From Candidatus Abzuiibacterium crystallinum (GTDB lineage: Bacteria > Omnitrophota > Omnitrophia > Omnitrophales > Abzuiibacteriaceae): 64,000 nt of DNA. Shown here in pieces: positions 27,629 through 36,285 of the stretch. The stretch is taken from NCBI GenBank assembly GCA_002787155.1, contig PCVY01000016.1:71884-135883 (forward strand). The letters are read 5' to 3'. Each line of letters starts with the position of its first letter. Positions within the stretch are counted from its first letter, which is position 1. The notes under the pieces were generated by a model. It was given only the letters and a program-made list of their open reading frames with translations, did no database searches and was not told the origin of the DNA. Made by a program: the position numbers and the translations under genes.

Positions 27629-28555
27629 TTAGGCTGATATGACGGCTGCTACAGGTTCATGTTGATGAATAAACTGTCGGGAAAGTCTAACGGTATCCAT
27701 AAAGACTTCTTGATCAATTTGATTACCCGCGTAATTTAATTTCTCGAGCTGATCTAGGATGATGCCTATTTTTTTCTGCTCGTTTTCTTCTAATGCTGTT
27801 AATTTGGTCGACTTAAATTCATTCATGCTGCGTGCATGCCATTTTAACACGCAATAGTCATTTATAATTGAAGATAATTCTTCTATCTCCTTCATTTCAC
27901 AATGACGTGCTTTCACTTGCATTTCTAAGTGTTCGAGTTTTACAAGTTGCGTTTGTTCGAGCGAAGTGACCGGAACGGCTCTTACCGCCCTCCTCCGCTG
28001 AGTACTGGTCTTTAACAAAATGATGGGAAGAATAACGCAAATCAGGGCACCCGTCAGAGAGATTGGCCAATAAGTTTTTAGCCATTTTGCTGCAGAAGAG
28101 GAAAAAATGGTGAGCGGCTGTTCATTGATAGTGATAGAGGTGATTTCGGCCGCCTCTTTTGCTTGGTAGGAAAACTGAAACGCACGGACCGTAGCAACCC
28201 CGTTTTTGATCGGCTTAAACGTAAAATTGAAGGACTTTATAATTTGCGGTCCTTTTGACTCGATCGACTGCCCTATTTTAGTGAGGATTAAATTGTCTAA
28301 CTTAAGCGAAGGAATCAAAAAGCGGTAATCGTTTGGATCACCATGCCAAATGAATTGAACATTAAGCGTAAAAGCATCATCCAGTGTGAGTTCTTGTCCG
28401 GAATGAGTCGTTTTAACTGTCAGATCAGTGTTAGAAAAAACATTGACCGGCAGCAAGATAAATGCGCTACCGGCCAATACGATCAAAAGGAAAACCAGTT
28501 GCAACCGTTTACTTATCAGCATGCTCTTATGAGCGCTCGTAATAAGAAACAACAA
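27629..28555 (-). CDS. Hypothetical membrane protein with the same architecture as 24768..25748 (N-terminal TM, ectodomain, TM, cytoplasmic coiled tail)
   Basis: Two transmembrane segments flanking a ~130-aa beta-rich region. Lies 14 bp downstream of dnaK and 19 bp upstream of moxR. Confidence 0.4.
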   Translation of the reverse strand: MLFLITSAHKSMLISKRLQLVFLLIVLAGSAFILLPVNVFSNTDLTVKTTHSGQELTLDDAFTLNVQFIWHGDPNDYRFLIPSLKLDNLILTKIGQSIESKGPQIIKSFNFTFKPIKNGVATVRAFQFSYQAKEAAEITSITINEQPLTIFSSSAAKWLKTYWPISLTGALICVILPIILLKTSTQRRRAVRAVPVTSLEQTQLVKLEHLEMQVKARHCEMKEIEELSSIINDYCVLKWHARSMNEFKSTKLTALEENEQKKIGIILDQLEKLNYAGNQIDQEVFMDTVRLSRQFIHQHEPVAAVISA

Positions 28556-28569
28556 GCGGTTAATTTAAG

Positions 28570-30507
28570 TTATTTCTTCTTATTCCCCTCGTCATCATCA
28601 ACAACTTCGTAATCAGCATCTACGACATCGCCTTTGTCCTTTGCTTTGGAGCCTTGTGATGATGATGGTTCTGCCTGAGATGTCTGTTGTGCCCCCTGCT
28701 GCTTTTTAGCAGCTTCTGCATACATTTTTTGAGCAACAGCATGAGAAGCTTGCGTCAGTTTTTCCTGTGCGCTCTGAAGCGTAGAGATGTCTTCAGAATG
28801 CAAAACTTCTTTTGCAGCTTTTAATTCCTGTTCTATTTTCTTTTTTTCGTCTTCGGTAATTTTATCTCCGTATTCTTTCAAGCTTTTCTCAACGGAATAA
28901 ATTAAATTGTCTAAAGTATTTTTGGCTTGAACCAGTTCGTGTTTTTTCTTGTCCTCAGAAGCATGTTTTTCCGCTTCCTTGACCAGTTTGTCAATCTCAT
29001 CTTTGGAAATTCCGGAGGACGATTCAATCCGAATCTTTTGTTCCTTGCCGGTTCCCAAGTCTTTTGCCGACACATGCACAATGCCGTTGGCGTCGATGTC
29101 GAATGTGACTTCAATTTGAGGTACGCCACGCGGCGCTGCTGGTATCCCTTCTAAATTAAAAATACCGAGCACTCGGTTTCCTGATGCCATCTCACGTTCG
29201 CCTTGCAACACTTTCACGGTAACAGCTGTTTGATTATCCGAGGCGGTTGAGAAGATTTCCGACTTTTTGGTTGGAATGGTCGTGTTACGTTCAATCAGCT
29301 TCGTCATCACGCCGCCAAGTGTTTCAATCCCCAGTGATAAAGGTGTCACATCCAAAAGAAGGACGTCTCTCACTTCCCCTGCTAAAACACCGCCCTGAAT
29401 AGCTGCGCCTACCGCGACCACCTCATCCGGATTAACACCCTGATGCGGATCTTTTTGGAATAGCTTCTTAACCTGTTCTTGAACCGCCGGCATGCGCGTT
29501 TGACCGCCGACCAAAATCACCTCATCAATTTGAGAAGCTGAAAGACCGGCGTCTTTGAGGCATTGCTGGCATGGGCCGATGGTGCGTTCTACCAATTCTT
29601 GAACCAGCTGTTCTAACTTTGAACGCGTAAGCGACATAACCAAGTGCTTTGGTCCGGAGGCATCAGCAGTGATAAAAGGCAAGTTAATTTCAGTGGATTG
29701 AGAAGTCGAAAGCTCGCATTTAGCTTTTTCGGCCGCTTCTTTCAAACGCTGTAAGACCATGCGATCTTTTGAAAGATCAACACCCTGATCTTTTTTAAAC
29801 TCACTCACAAGCCAGTTGATGATCTTTTGATCGAAATCGTCGCCGCCTAAATGTGTGTCGCCATTGGTGGCCTTAACTTCAAACACGCCATCTCCGATTT
29901 CAAGAATTGAAATATCAAAAGTACCGCCGCCAAGATCATAAACAGCGATTTTTTCTTCTTTCTTTTTGTCAAGTCCATAAGCCAAGGCCGCCGCCGTTGG
30001 CTCATTGATGATGCGAAGCACTTCCAATCCGGCAATTTGCCCGGCATCTTTTGTGGCTTGCCGCTGTGAATCATTAAAATATGCGGGAACCGTTATGACT
30101 GCTTGTTTGATCGTCTCACCCAAAAAAGCTTCCGCGTCTGCTCGGAGTTTTTGTAAAACAAGAGCTGATATTTCAGGCGGTGTAAAATCCCGGCCGTTGA
30201 CATGTATCGCGGCTTCGCCGCTTTTACCTTCTCTGACCTCAAAAGGGACAAGCGAGATCTCAGATTTCACTTCGTTAATTCGTCTGCCAATAAAGCGCTT
30301 AGCACTGAAAATCGTATTTTCAGGATTAGTGACAGCCTGCCGCTTAGCCGCCTGGCCCACATGCCGTTCATTATTTTTGGTAAATGCAACAATTGAGGGC
30401 GTGGTTCGATTCCCTTCTTTGTTTGGAATCACTTTCGGTTCTCCACCCTCAATGATCGCCATACATGAATTGGTTGTTCCTAAATCAATCCCTAAAACTT
30501 TTCCCAT
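28570..30507 (-). CDS. dnaK: Molecular chaperone DnaK (Hsp70)
   Basis: [18 protein letters not shown] and the full Hsp70 ATPase, substrate-binding and lid domains. 645 aa. Confidence 0.95.
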   Translation of the reverse strand: MGKVLGIDLGTTNSCMAIIEGGEPKVIPNKEGNRTTPSIVAFTKNNERHVGQAAKRQAVTNPENTIFSAKRFIGRRINEVKSEISLVPFEVREGKSGEAAIHVNGRDFTPPEISALVLQKLRADAEAFLGETIKQAVITVPAYFNDSQRQATKDAGQIAGLEVLRIINEPTAAALAYGLDKKKEEKIAVYDLGGGTFDISILEIGDGVFEVKATNGDTHLGGDDFDQKIINWLVSEFKKDQGVDLSKDRMVLQRLKEAAEKAKCELSTSQSTEINLPFITADASGPKHLVMSLTRSKLEQLVQELVERTIGPCQQCLKDAGLSASQIDEVILVGGQTRMPAVQEQVKKLFQKDPHQGVNPDEVVAVGAAIQGGVLAGEVRDVLLLDVTPLSLGIETLGGVMTKLIERNTTIPTKKSEIFSTASDNQTAVTVKVLQGEREMASGNRVLGIFNLEGIPAAPRGVPQIEVTFDIDANGIVHVSAKDLGTGKEQKIRIESSSGISKDEIDKLVKEAEKHASEDKKKHELVQAKNTLDNLIYSVEKSLKEYGDKITEDEKKKIEQELKAAKEVLHSEDISTLQSAQEKLTQASHAVAQKMYAEAAKKQQGAQQTSQAEPSSSQGSKAKDKGDVVDADYEVVDDDEGNKKK

Positions 30508-30556
30508 GGTTTATCCCCTTTTTAATCATTTTAATAAAACTGTCTACTCAATCTAG

Positions 30557-30572
30557 TTCAAGTAGTGTGCCA
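30557..30572 (-). promoter_or_regulatory. Candidate sigma54 promoter TGGCAC-ACTAC-TTGAA on the minus strand, upstream of dnaK
   Basis: Perfect -24 TGGCAC. -12 TTGA with canonical spacing. The predicted TSS lies about 38 nt before the dnaK ATG. A sigma54 activator gene is immediately upstream. No CIRCE/HrcA inverted repeat found. Confidence 0.35.
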
Positions 30573-30696
30573 AAGATCAGAGCAATCCTATGTCTTGTAA
30601 GTTACTCAAAATAAAAGACTTAAGGAATACCGTTAAAATGATAAGGCTTCAATCATCTGGAAATTGAATTCTATTGAACCATGCAGTGTGTCAATA

Positions 30697-32064
30697 TTAC
30701 ACGTTCAGCCCATACTCTTCCAGCTTGCGATAGAGGGTTCGGCGGGAGATTCCTAACTTTTTGGCCGCAAGTGATTTGTTGCCTTTTACCGCTCTAAGCG
30801 CCCTCTCAATCCAATTTTTCTCCATCGAAGAAAGACTGCTGCTATCTGACTCATTCTTTTTAGACGTTGCAGAAGATGTGACACTGATTAAGTCAGACGG
30901 GATCAAATCCACATCAAGTTTTGGCTCTTTGCTTAGCACAATCATTCGTTCAATAATATTGCGCAGTTCACGAATATTGCCAGGCCAATCATATTGTTGA
31001 AAAAACTTCAACGCTCGAGGCGTAATGGACTTAACATCGCGGCGATTCTTCACTGCAAGAATATGGATGAAATGTTGTGCCAGCACTTCGATGTCTTCTT
31101 TCCGCTCTCTTAAAGACGGAACTCTGAGTAAAATAACATTAATACGATAAAAAAGATCTTCCCGAAATTTACCTGCCTGCACCTGGTTCTTTAGAATCTT
31201 ATTGGTCGCACAAATTAATCGAACGTCCGCTTTTAACGTTTTAGCGCTTCCGACACGTTCGTATTCACCGGACTGAAGAAAACGAAGTAATTTGATTTGG
31301 GTCGTTTCCGTAATTTCGCCAATTTCATCTAAAAAAAGCGTGCCGCCGTGTGCCCTCTCGAACCGGCCGGTTTTTCGCTCTGAGGCACCTGTAAAAGCCC
31401 CTTTTTCATGTCCGAACAATTCACTGCTCAGCAAACTTTCAGTCAGCGCTCCGCAATGCACCGTCACAAACGGCGCTTGTCGACGCCTGCTAAACTGATG
31501 AATGGCATGTGCCAGTAATTCTTTACCTGTTCCGCTCTCTCCTTCAATTAAAACTGTTGCATCCGATTCAGCTACTTGCTTTGCGGTTTTTAATAATGCC
31601 TGTATTGGTTCTGACTGGCCGATGATTTGATTCGTTTCAAATTTCGCGTCTAACAATTCTTGTCGCAGGCTCTTATTTTCTTGCTCGAGAGAGTTTTCTC
31701 TAAAGGCTTTCTTTAAAATAATCTCCAATTCATCCAGATTGACAGGTTTGCTGAGATAGTAATAGGCACCTGCCTTCATGGCCTGAACGGCAGTTTCAAC
31801 AGTTCCATACGCAGTTAAAACGATAACGATCATAGCAGGGTATAATTCTTTGAAGCGTCTGAGTAAAGTCAACCCGTCCATCTCCGGCATCCGCAAATCA
31901 ATCAATGCCAAATCTGGCCGGTGCGTTTTTGCTGTCTCCAACGCCTCGGTGCCGTTGGCAGCCATCCACACGTCGTAGTCTTTGCTTTCTAAGAATATCC
32001 GCATGCCGTCACGGGTATTCTTTTCGTCATCTACAATCAAGACTGAGTTAAATAAATTGTTCAT
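30697..32064 (-). CDS. Sigma54-dependent response regulator (NtrC family)
   Basis: REC domain (DLRMPEMDG). AAA+ with GESGTGKE and GAFTGA. C-terminal HTH. Confidence 0.85.
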   Translation of the reverse strand: MNNLFNSVLIVDDEKNTRDGMRIFLESKDYDVWMAANGTEALETAKTHRPDLALIDLRMPEMDGLTLLRRFKELYPAMIVIVLTAYGTVETAVQAMKAGAYYYLSKPVNLDELEIILKKAFRENSLEQENKSLRQELLDAKFETNQIIGQSEPIQALLKTAKQVAESDATVLIEGESGTGKELLAHAIHQFSRRRQAPFVTVHCGALTESLLSSELFGHEKGAFTGASERKTGRFERAHGGTLFLDEIGEITETTQIKLLRFLQSGEYERVGSAKTLKADVRLICATNKILKNQVQAGKFREDLFYRINVILLRVPSLRERKEDIEVLAQHFIHILAVKNRRDVKSITPRALKFFQQYDWPGNIRELRNIIERMIVLSKEPKLDVDLIPSDLISVTSSATSKKNESDSSSLSSMEKNWIERALRAVKGNKSLAAKKLGISRRTLYRKLEEYGLNV

Positions 32065-33232
32065 TTCTTTTTTGAGTTGGCTGAGGACTTGGCAATGGTA
32101 ACTTTTCTTTTTGAATCGGCAGATAAATATGAAAGGCGGTTCCTTTGTTTAATTGACTTTGCACTTCAATGCGGCCGTGATGTTCCCGAATGATTTGATA
32201 AGCAATCACGAGTCCTAGTCCGCTCCCCTCTTCTTTGGTGGTGTAATAAGCGTCAAAGATTTTATCCAAGGCTTTACGGTCCATCCCGTGCCCGGTATCT
32301 TCAATAGAGATTCGGCAGAGAGCCTGGTTTTTTTTAACGGTAATCCGTAAAGTGCCCCCATTCGGCATGGCTTGAATTGAATTCTTGATGATATTCAAAA
32401 ACACTTGGTTAAGACGTTCCTCATCCATCAGAAATGGTTCCAATTTATGATCAAAAATACTTTTGAGTTTAATGTGCTGCTGTTTAAATTCGGGCTCAAG
32501 CAAACGAAGCACATCCTTTAGGATGTCTTGCAGATTACCTTTCTCAAATTGGATGGGCTTGCGGCGTGTGGCGCGCAAAAAGTTCTTAACAATTTGATCA
32601 AGCCGATCGGTCTCTTCCGAGACCACCTCGATCGATTCTTTGATTGTCTTTGCGTATCGGGCGGGTATCAGTCCAAGCTGCTTGGCAATTAACTGCAAAT
32701 GGATATTAATCGAGTTAAGGGGGTTACCGATTTCGTGGGCAACCCCAGATGCTAATGTCACAATAGCAGCTAGATGTTCTTGTTGATATCTTTCTTTCAA
32801 ACGTTCGTCGTGGTGGGTTTCGGGCAATAAACTAACGACGTAAGAACCTTTTAAGCGCTTTAAGCACAGGATACTAATTCGTAAATACTGATGACGGGGC
32901 ATCAAGAGTTGAAATGGTTCGTCAAAAACCTCATTATTTTCATGGATAATGCTTTTCAGCCGTTGTTTTAAATTTTGATCAAAAATAAGATGATCCAGAG
33001 TTCTGTCTTGCGGCGTTTCCGATTGAATCCCCAGAATGCGTTGCGCTGGAAGATTAAGATAGGTTACTTGCAATTGCGAATCAATGACTAGAACACCCTC
33101 ATGAATTGCATCGAGCAGTTCCGCAGTTTTTTTCTGGTGATCGCAAAGCGAAGAAACCCATTCAGCCAGTTTATCTTTATCAATGTTATCAATTCGCTTG
33201 ATCGCTTTGAGGTAGAAGTCCGGTGTCATCAT
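32048..33232 (-). CDS. Cytoplasmic PAS-domain sensor histidine kinase (NtrB-like)
   Basis: No transmembrane segments. PAS-like N-terminus. H-box HEIGNPL. HATPase motifs DTGHGM and GSGLGL. Overlaps the downstream RR gene and the upstream trpF stop. Confidence 0.75.
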   Translation of the reverse strand: MMTPDFYLKAIKRIDNIDKDKLAEWVSSLCDHQKKTAELLDAIHEGVLVIDSQLQVTYLNLPAQRILGIQSETPQDRTLDHLIFDQNLKQRLKSIIHENNEVFDEPFQLLMPRHQYLRISILCLKRLKGSYVVSLLPETHHDERLKERYQQEHLAAIVTLASGVAHEIGNPLNSINIHLQLIAKQLGLIPARYAKTIKESIEVVSEETDRLDQIVKNFLRATRRKPIQFEKGNLQDILKDVLRLLEPEFKQQHIKLKSIFDHKLEPFLMDEERLNQVFLNIIKNSIQAMPNGGTLRITVKKNQALCRISIEDTGHGMDRKALDKIFDAYYTTKEEGSGLGLVIAYQIIREHHGRIEVQSQLNKGTAFHIYLPIQKEKLPLPSPQPTQKRNEQFI

Positions 33233-33870
33233 GACTTTAATGTTTTAATCTCATCGCCTTTCGCCAACCGTATGAATTCACGCAGGAGATCCGGGTCTTT
33301 TTGACCGGGTGCCTTCTCAACGCCGCTTGCCACATCGATGGCATAAGGCTTTACAGTCTGGACGGCGTGTTTAACATTGTCTACGCTGAGTCCTCCCGCA
33401 AGAAATAATCGTTCACGCACATAAGGTTTTTCATCGATCAAAGACCAATCAAAGATTTGACCGGTACCGCCTTTTTCTTTACTTGAATAGGTGTCAAAGA
33501 GAAAAGCATCGACATTGTACTCGTCGATCCGTTTTAAGCTCATGGCATCTTTGATGTGGAAAGTCTTGATGATCTTATAACCTTTTTGTGAAAAATAGTC
33601 ACAGTACCGGCTTGTTTCTTCACCGTGGAATTGGAGCCACTGAAGACCTAGCAATTCGACAATTTTTTCTACTTCTTCTTTAGGTTGGTTGGCAAAAACA
33701 CCAACAAATGCTTTAAAATCTTTCATGTGTTCCATCATTTGTTTTGCTGTATCAGCCGTAATAAGACGTTTACTTTTTGCAAATATAAAACCCAGAAAAT
33801 CAGCGCCATACTGTCGCGCCAATTGGGCATCTTCTAAATTGGTGTTTCCGCAAATCTTAACTTGAACCAT
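33229..33870 (-). CDS. trpF: Phosphoribosylanthranilate isomerase
   Basis: MVQVKICGNTNLEDA...GADFLGFIF PRAI N-terminal signature. 213 aa. Confidence 0.8.
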   Translation of the reverse strand: MVQVKICGNTNLEDAQLARQYGADFLGFIFAKSKRLITADTAKQMMEHMKDFKAFVGVFANQPKEEVEKIVELLGLQWLQFHGEETSRYCDYFSQKGYKIIKTFHIKDAMSLKRIDEYNVDAFLFDTYSSKEKGGTGQIFDWSLIDEKPYVRERLFLAGGLSVDNVKHAVQTVKPYAIDVASGVEKAPGQKDPDLLREFIRLAKGDEIKTLKS

Positions 33871-33871
33871 A

Positions 33872-34651
33872 TCAGCAGCCTCGCAATTCTCTGAGTTTTT
33901 CTAAAATATTTGTCGATTTCATCAAAGTGCTACCAATCAAAAAACCATCCGCTCGTTCTTGATAAGTTTGAATATCGTTATGCGATGAAATACCGCTTTC
34001 CACCACGGCTAAAAGATTTTTTGGCACCTTTTCTAAAAGTTGTTTCGCATAGTTGACGTCAGTTTGAAGCGTGTCAAGATTTCGATTATTAATCCCAATC
34101 AAATCTGACCCCGCGTCGATTACCATTTGTAGTTCGTCTTCGCGATGAATTTCGGTCAACACTTCAAGTCCTAACGTGCGAGCCAGTTTCAAAAAGTCAC
34201 TCATTTGTGCCGGCGTGAGGATAGCGGCAATTAACAAAATGATATCAGCCCCGATTAAACGTGATTCATATATTTGATATTCATCAATAATAAAGTCTTT
34301 TCTTAAAATTGGTATTTTTGAAAGCGGTCTTAAACGTCTCACGTGTTCAATGCTGCCGGAGAAATAGTGAGGTTCAGTTAAAATCGAAACGGCCGCCGCG
34401 CCGCCTTTTTCAAACTGTCTTAAAAGATGTTGCGGAACATACCGATGCTTGAGCATGCCCTCCGAAGGCGAGCTTTTTTTCATTTCACAAATCAAATGAG
34501 GCCTGCTTTCGCGGTTTTGCAAAACGGATTTCAAACTGCGGACGGAAACTTTGTGAGTTAAGAGCGCCCGTTTCAGTTTTTGAAGCGGGTAAAGATTTTT
34601 TGCTTCCACCACCTGATTTTTCTTTTTATTGACAATTTGATCCAGTATCAT
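33872..34651 (-). CDS. trpC: Indole-3-glycerol phosphate synthase
   Basis: ILDQIVNKKK N-terminus. KKSSPSEG and ILRKDFIID motifs. Start set at the Met whose ATG overlaps the trpD stop in an ATGA arrangement. The ORF-track start at 34801 would add 50 non-conserved residues inside trpD. Confidence 0.8.
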   Translation of the reverse strand: MILDQIVNKKKNQVVEAKNLYPLQKLKRALLTHKVSVRSLKSVLQNRESRPHLICEMKKSSPSEGMLKHRYVPQHLLRQFEKGGAAAVSILTEPHYFSGSIEHVRRLRPLSKIPILRKDFIIDEYQIYESRLIGADIILLIAAILTPAQMSDFLKLARTLGLEVLTEIHREDELQMVIDAGSDLIGINNRNLDTLQTDVNYAKQLLEKVPKNLLAVVESGISSHNDIQTYQERADGFLIGSTLMKSTNILEKLRELRGC

Positions 34652-35694
34652 TGGCTTAACCGCCTCAATTGATTCAAAACCATAAGTGCTTTTCCTGTCT
34701 TTAAAATGACGGCCGCTTTTTGAATTCCTGCCCGAATGGACGGTGAAATACCTGCCACATAAAGCATGGCGCCTGCGTTTGCCAGCACGACATCCGTGCA
34801 AGCGCTTCGATCTGTGCCGTTTAGAATCCTGAGCGTCTTTTTTGCATTAAACAGCGCTCCGCCCCCCTTAAGATCTTTGGTCTGCGAGCGTCGTAAAAGC
34901 CATTGCTTTGGTTGAAACCGACCGTATTTAATTTGGCTTTTTTTAAGTTCAGCCGTATATGTTATTTGATGGGTGGTGATTTCATCCGTCCCATCCTGGC
35001 CTGAGACAACAAGCGCGTGTCGACAGCCAAGTAACTTGAGCGTTTTAATCAATAACGGAATATATCGATAATGAAAAACACCGATGACCTGTCTTTTAAC
35101 ATGCAATGGATTTAAAAGCGGACCGGATAAATTAAAAATAGTTTTCATCTTCTGACGTGCCAATGCTTGACGTGCAGGCGCGGCGTATCGAAATGCCTTT
35201 GTATACGCAGGGGCATGAAAATAGCCAAATCCAATTTGCTTTAATGATCTTAACATCGCATGGCTAGGCGCCTGAATCCTAACCCTTAAAGCTTTCATCA
35301 AATCAGAACTGCCAGCTCGCGAGGTGATCGAATAATTTCCATGTTTGGCCACATAAGCGCCTGCCGCAGCTGCAACAAGTGAAGCGGCGGTTGAAATATT
35401 AATGGTTTGCTTCCCGTCGCCCCCGGTTCCGCAGCCATCACAAAGATTGGCGTGCACAGGTTTAAACTTGAGGCGTTTTTGAATGCGGCGGGCTGCTTTC
35501 ACTAGGCCGGTTAACTCTGTAACCGCCTCTCCTTTTTTTTGAAGTAATGCCAAAATTTGCACTACCGTTTCGAAAGGTAATCGATTACGGATGAGCAGTG
35601 TGAATAGTTTCCTGCTTTCCGATTGTTCTAAGTCTTTACCTAGCAACAGCTTATCTATAACTCTTTTTCTATTCATAGTGTGTAATAATAGCAC
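34648..35694 (-). CDS. trpD: Anthranilate phosphoribosyltransferase
   Basis: GTGGDG motif. GNYSITS. Length 348 aa. Confidence 0.85.
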   Translation of the reverse strand: MLLLHTMNRKRVIDKLLLGKDLEQSESRKLFTLLIRNRLPFETVVQILALLQKKGEAVTELTGLVKAARRIQKRLKFKPVHANLCDGCGTGGDGKQTINISTAASLVAAAAGAYVAKHGNYSITSRAGSSDLMKALRVRIQAPSHAMLRSLKQIGFGYFHAPAYTKAFRYAAPARQALARQKMKTIFNLSGPLLNPLHVKRQVIGVFHYRYIPLLIKTLKLLGCRHALVVSGQDGTDEITTHQITYTAELKKSQIKYGRFQPKQWLLRRSQTKDLKGGGALFNAKKTLRILNGTDRSACTDVVLANAGAMLYVAGISPSIRAGIQKAAVILKTGKALMVLNQLRRLSQ

Positions 35695-35721
35695 ACTTGA
35701 AAATACGAATCAACGGACAAA

Positions 35722-36285
35722 CTATTTGTTAAGGAAATTAGCCAAGATGGTTTTTCCGGCTCTAGTGAGGATTGACTCGGGATGAAATTGAACCCCGAAG
35801 GTGGGGAATTTCACGTGCTGCAAACCCATGATCTCACGGTCTTTAGTCCAAGCCGTGATTTCAAAATCCTTCGGAAATGATTTCCGCTCTACCAAAAGCG
35901 AATGGTAACGCGTTGCTTCAAAAGGCGATTTGATGTTCTTAAATAACCCTTTTCTTTGATGATAAATTTGAGACACCTTACCATGCATGATATTTTTAGC
36001 GCGAATGATACGCCCGCCAAATGTATAACCGATACATTGATGTCCAAGGCAAACACCCAAAATGGGATACTTGCCATGAAAAGCCGAGATAACCTCGTTG
36101 GACACACCGGCTTCTTTCGGCGTACACGGACCTGGCGAAATAACAATGTGAGTTGGTTTGAGACGTTTGATTTGCGCGACAGAAATTTTATCATTTCGGT
36201 ACACGCGAACGTGAGCACCTAATTCGCCAAGATATTGGACAAGGTTGTAAGTGAAGGAGTCATAATTATCGATCATGACAATCAT
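35722..36285 (-). CDS. trpG: Anthranilate synthase component II (glutamine amidotransferase)
   Basis: Class I GATase with GVCLGHQ. Overlaps trpE by 4 nt. Confidence 0.8.
   Translation of the reverse strand: MIVMIDNYDSFTYNLVQYLGELGAHVRVYRNDKISVAQIKRLKPTHIVISPGPCTPKEAGVSNEVISAFHGKYPILGVCLGHQCIGYTFGGRIIRAKNIMHGKVSQIYHQRKGLFKNIKSPFEATRYHSLLVERKSFPKDFEITAWTKDREIMGLQHVKFPTFGVQFHPESILTRAGKTILANFLNK

Noticed and set aside
30541-30566. Possible CIRCE/HrcA operator upstream of dnaK
   Set aside because: Only a poor partial palindrome (CTACTCAA…TTCAAGTAG). There is no TTAGCACTC-N9-GAGTGCTAA.
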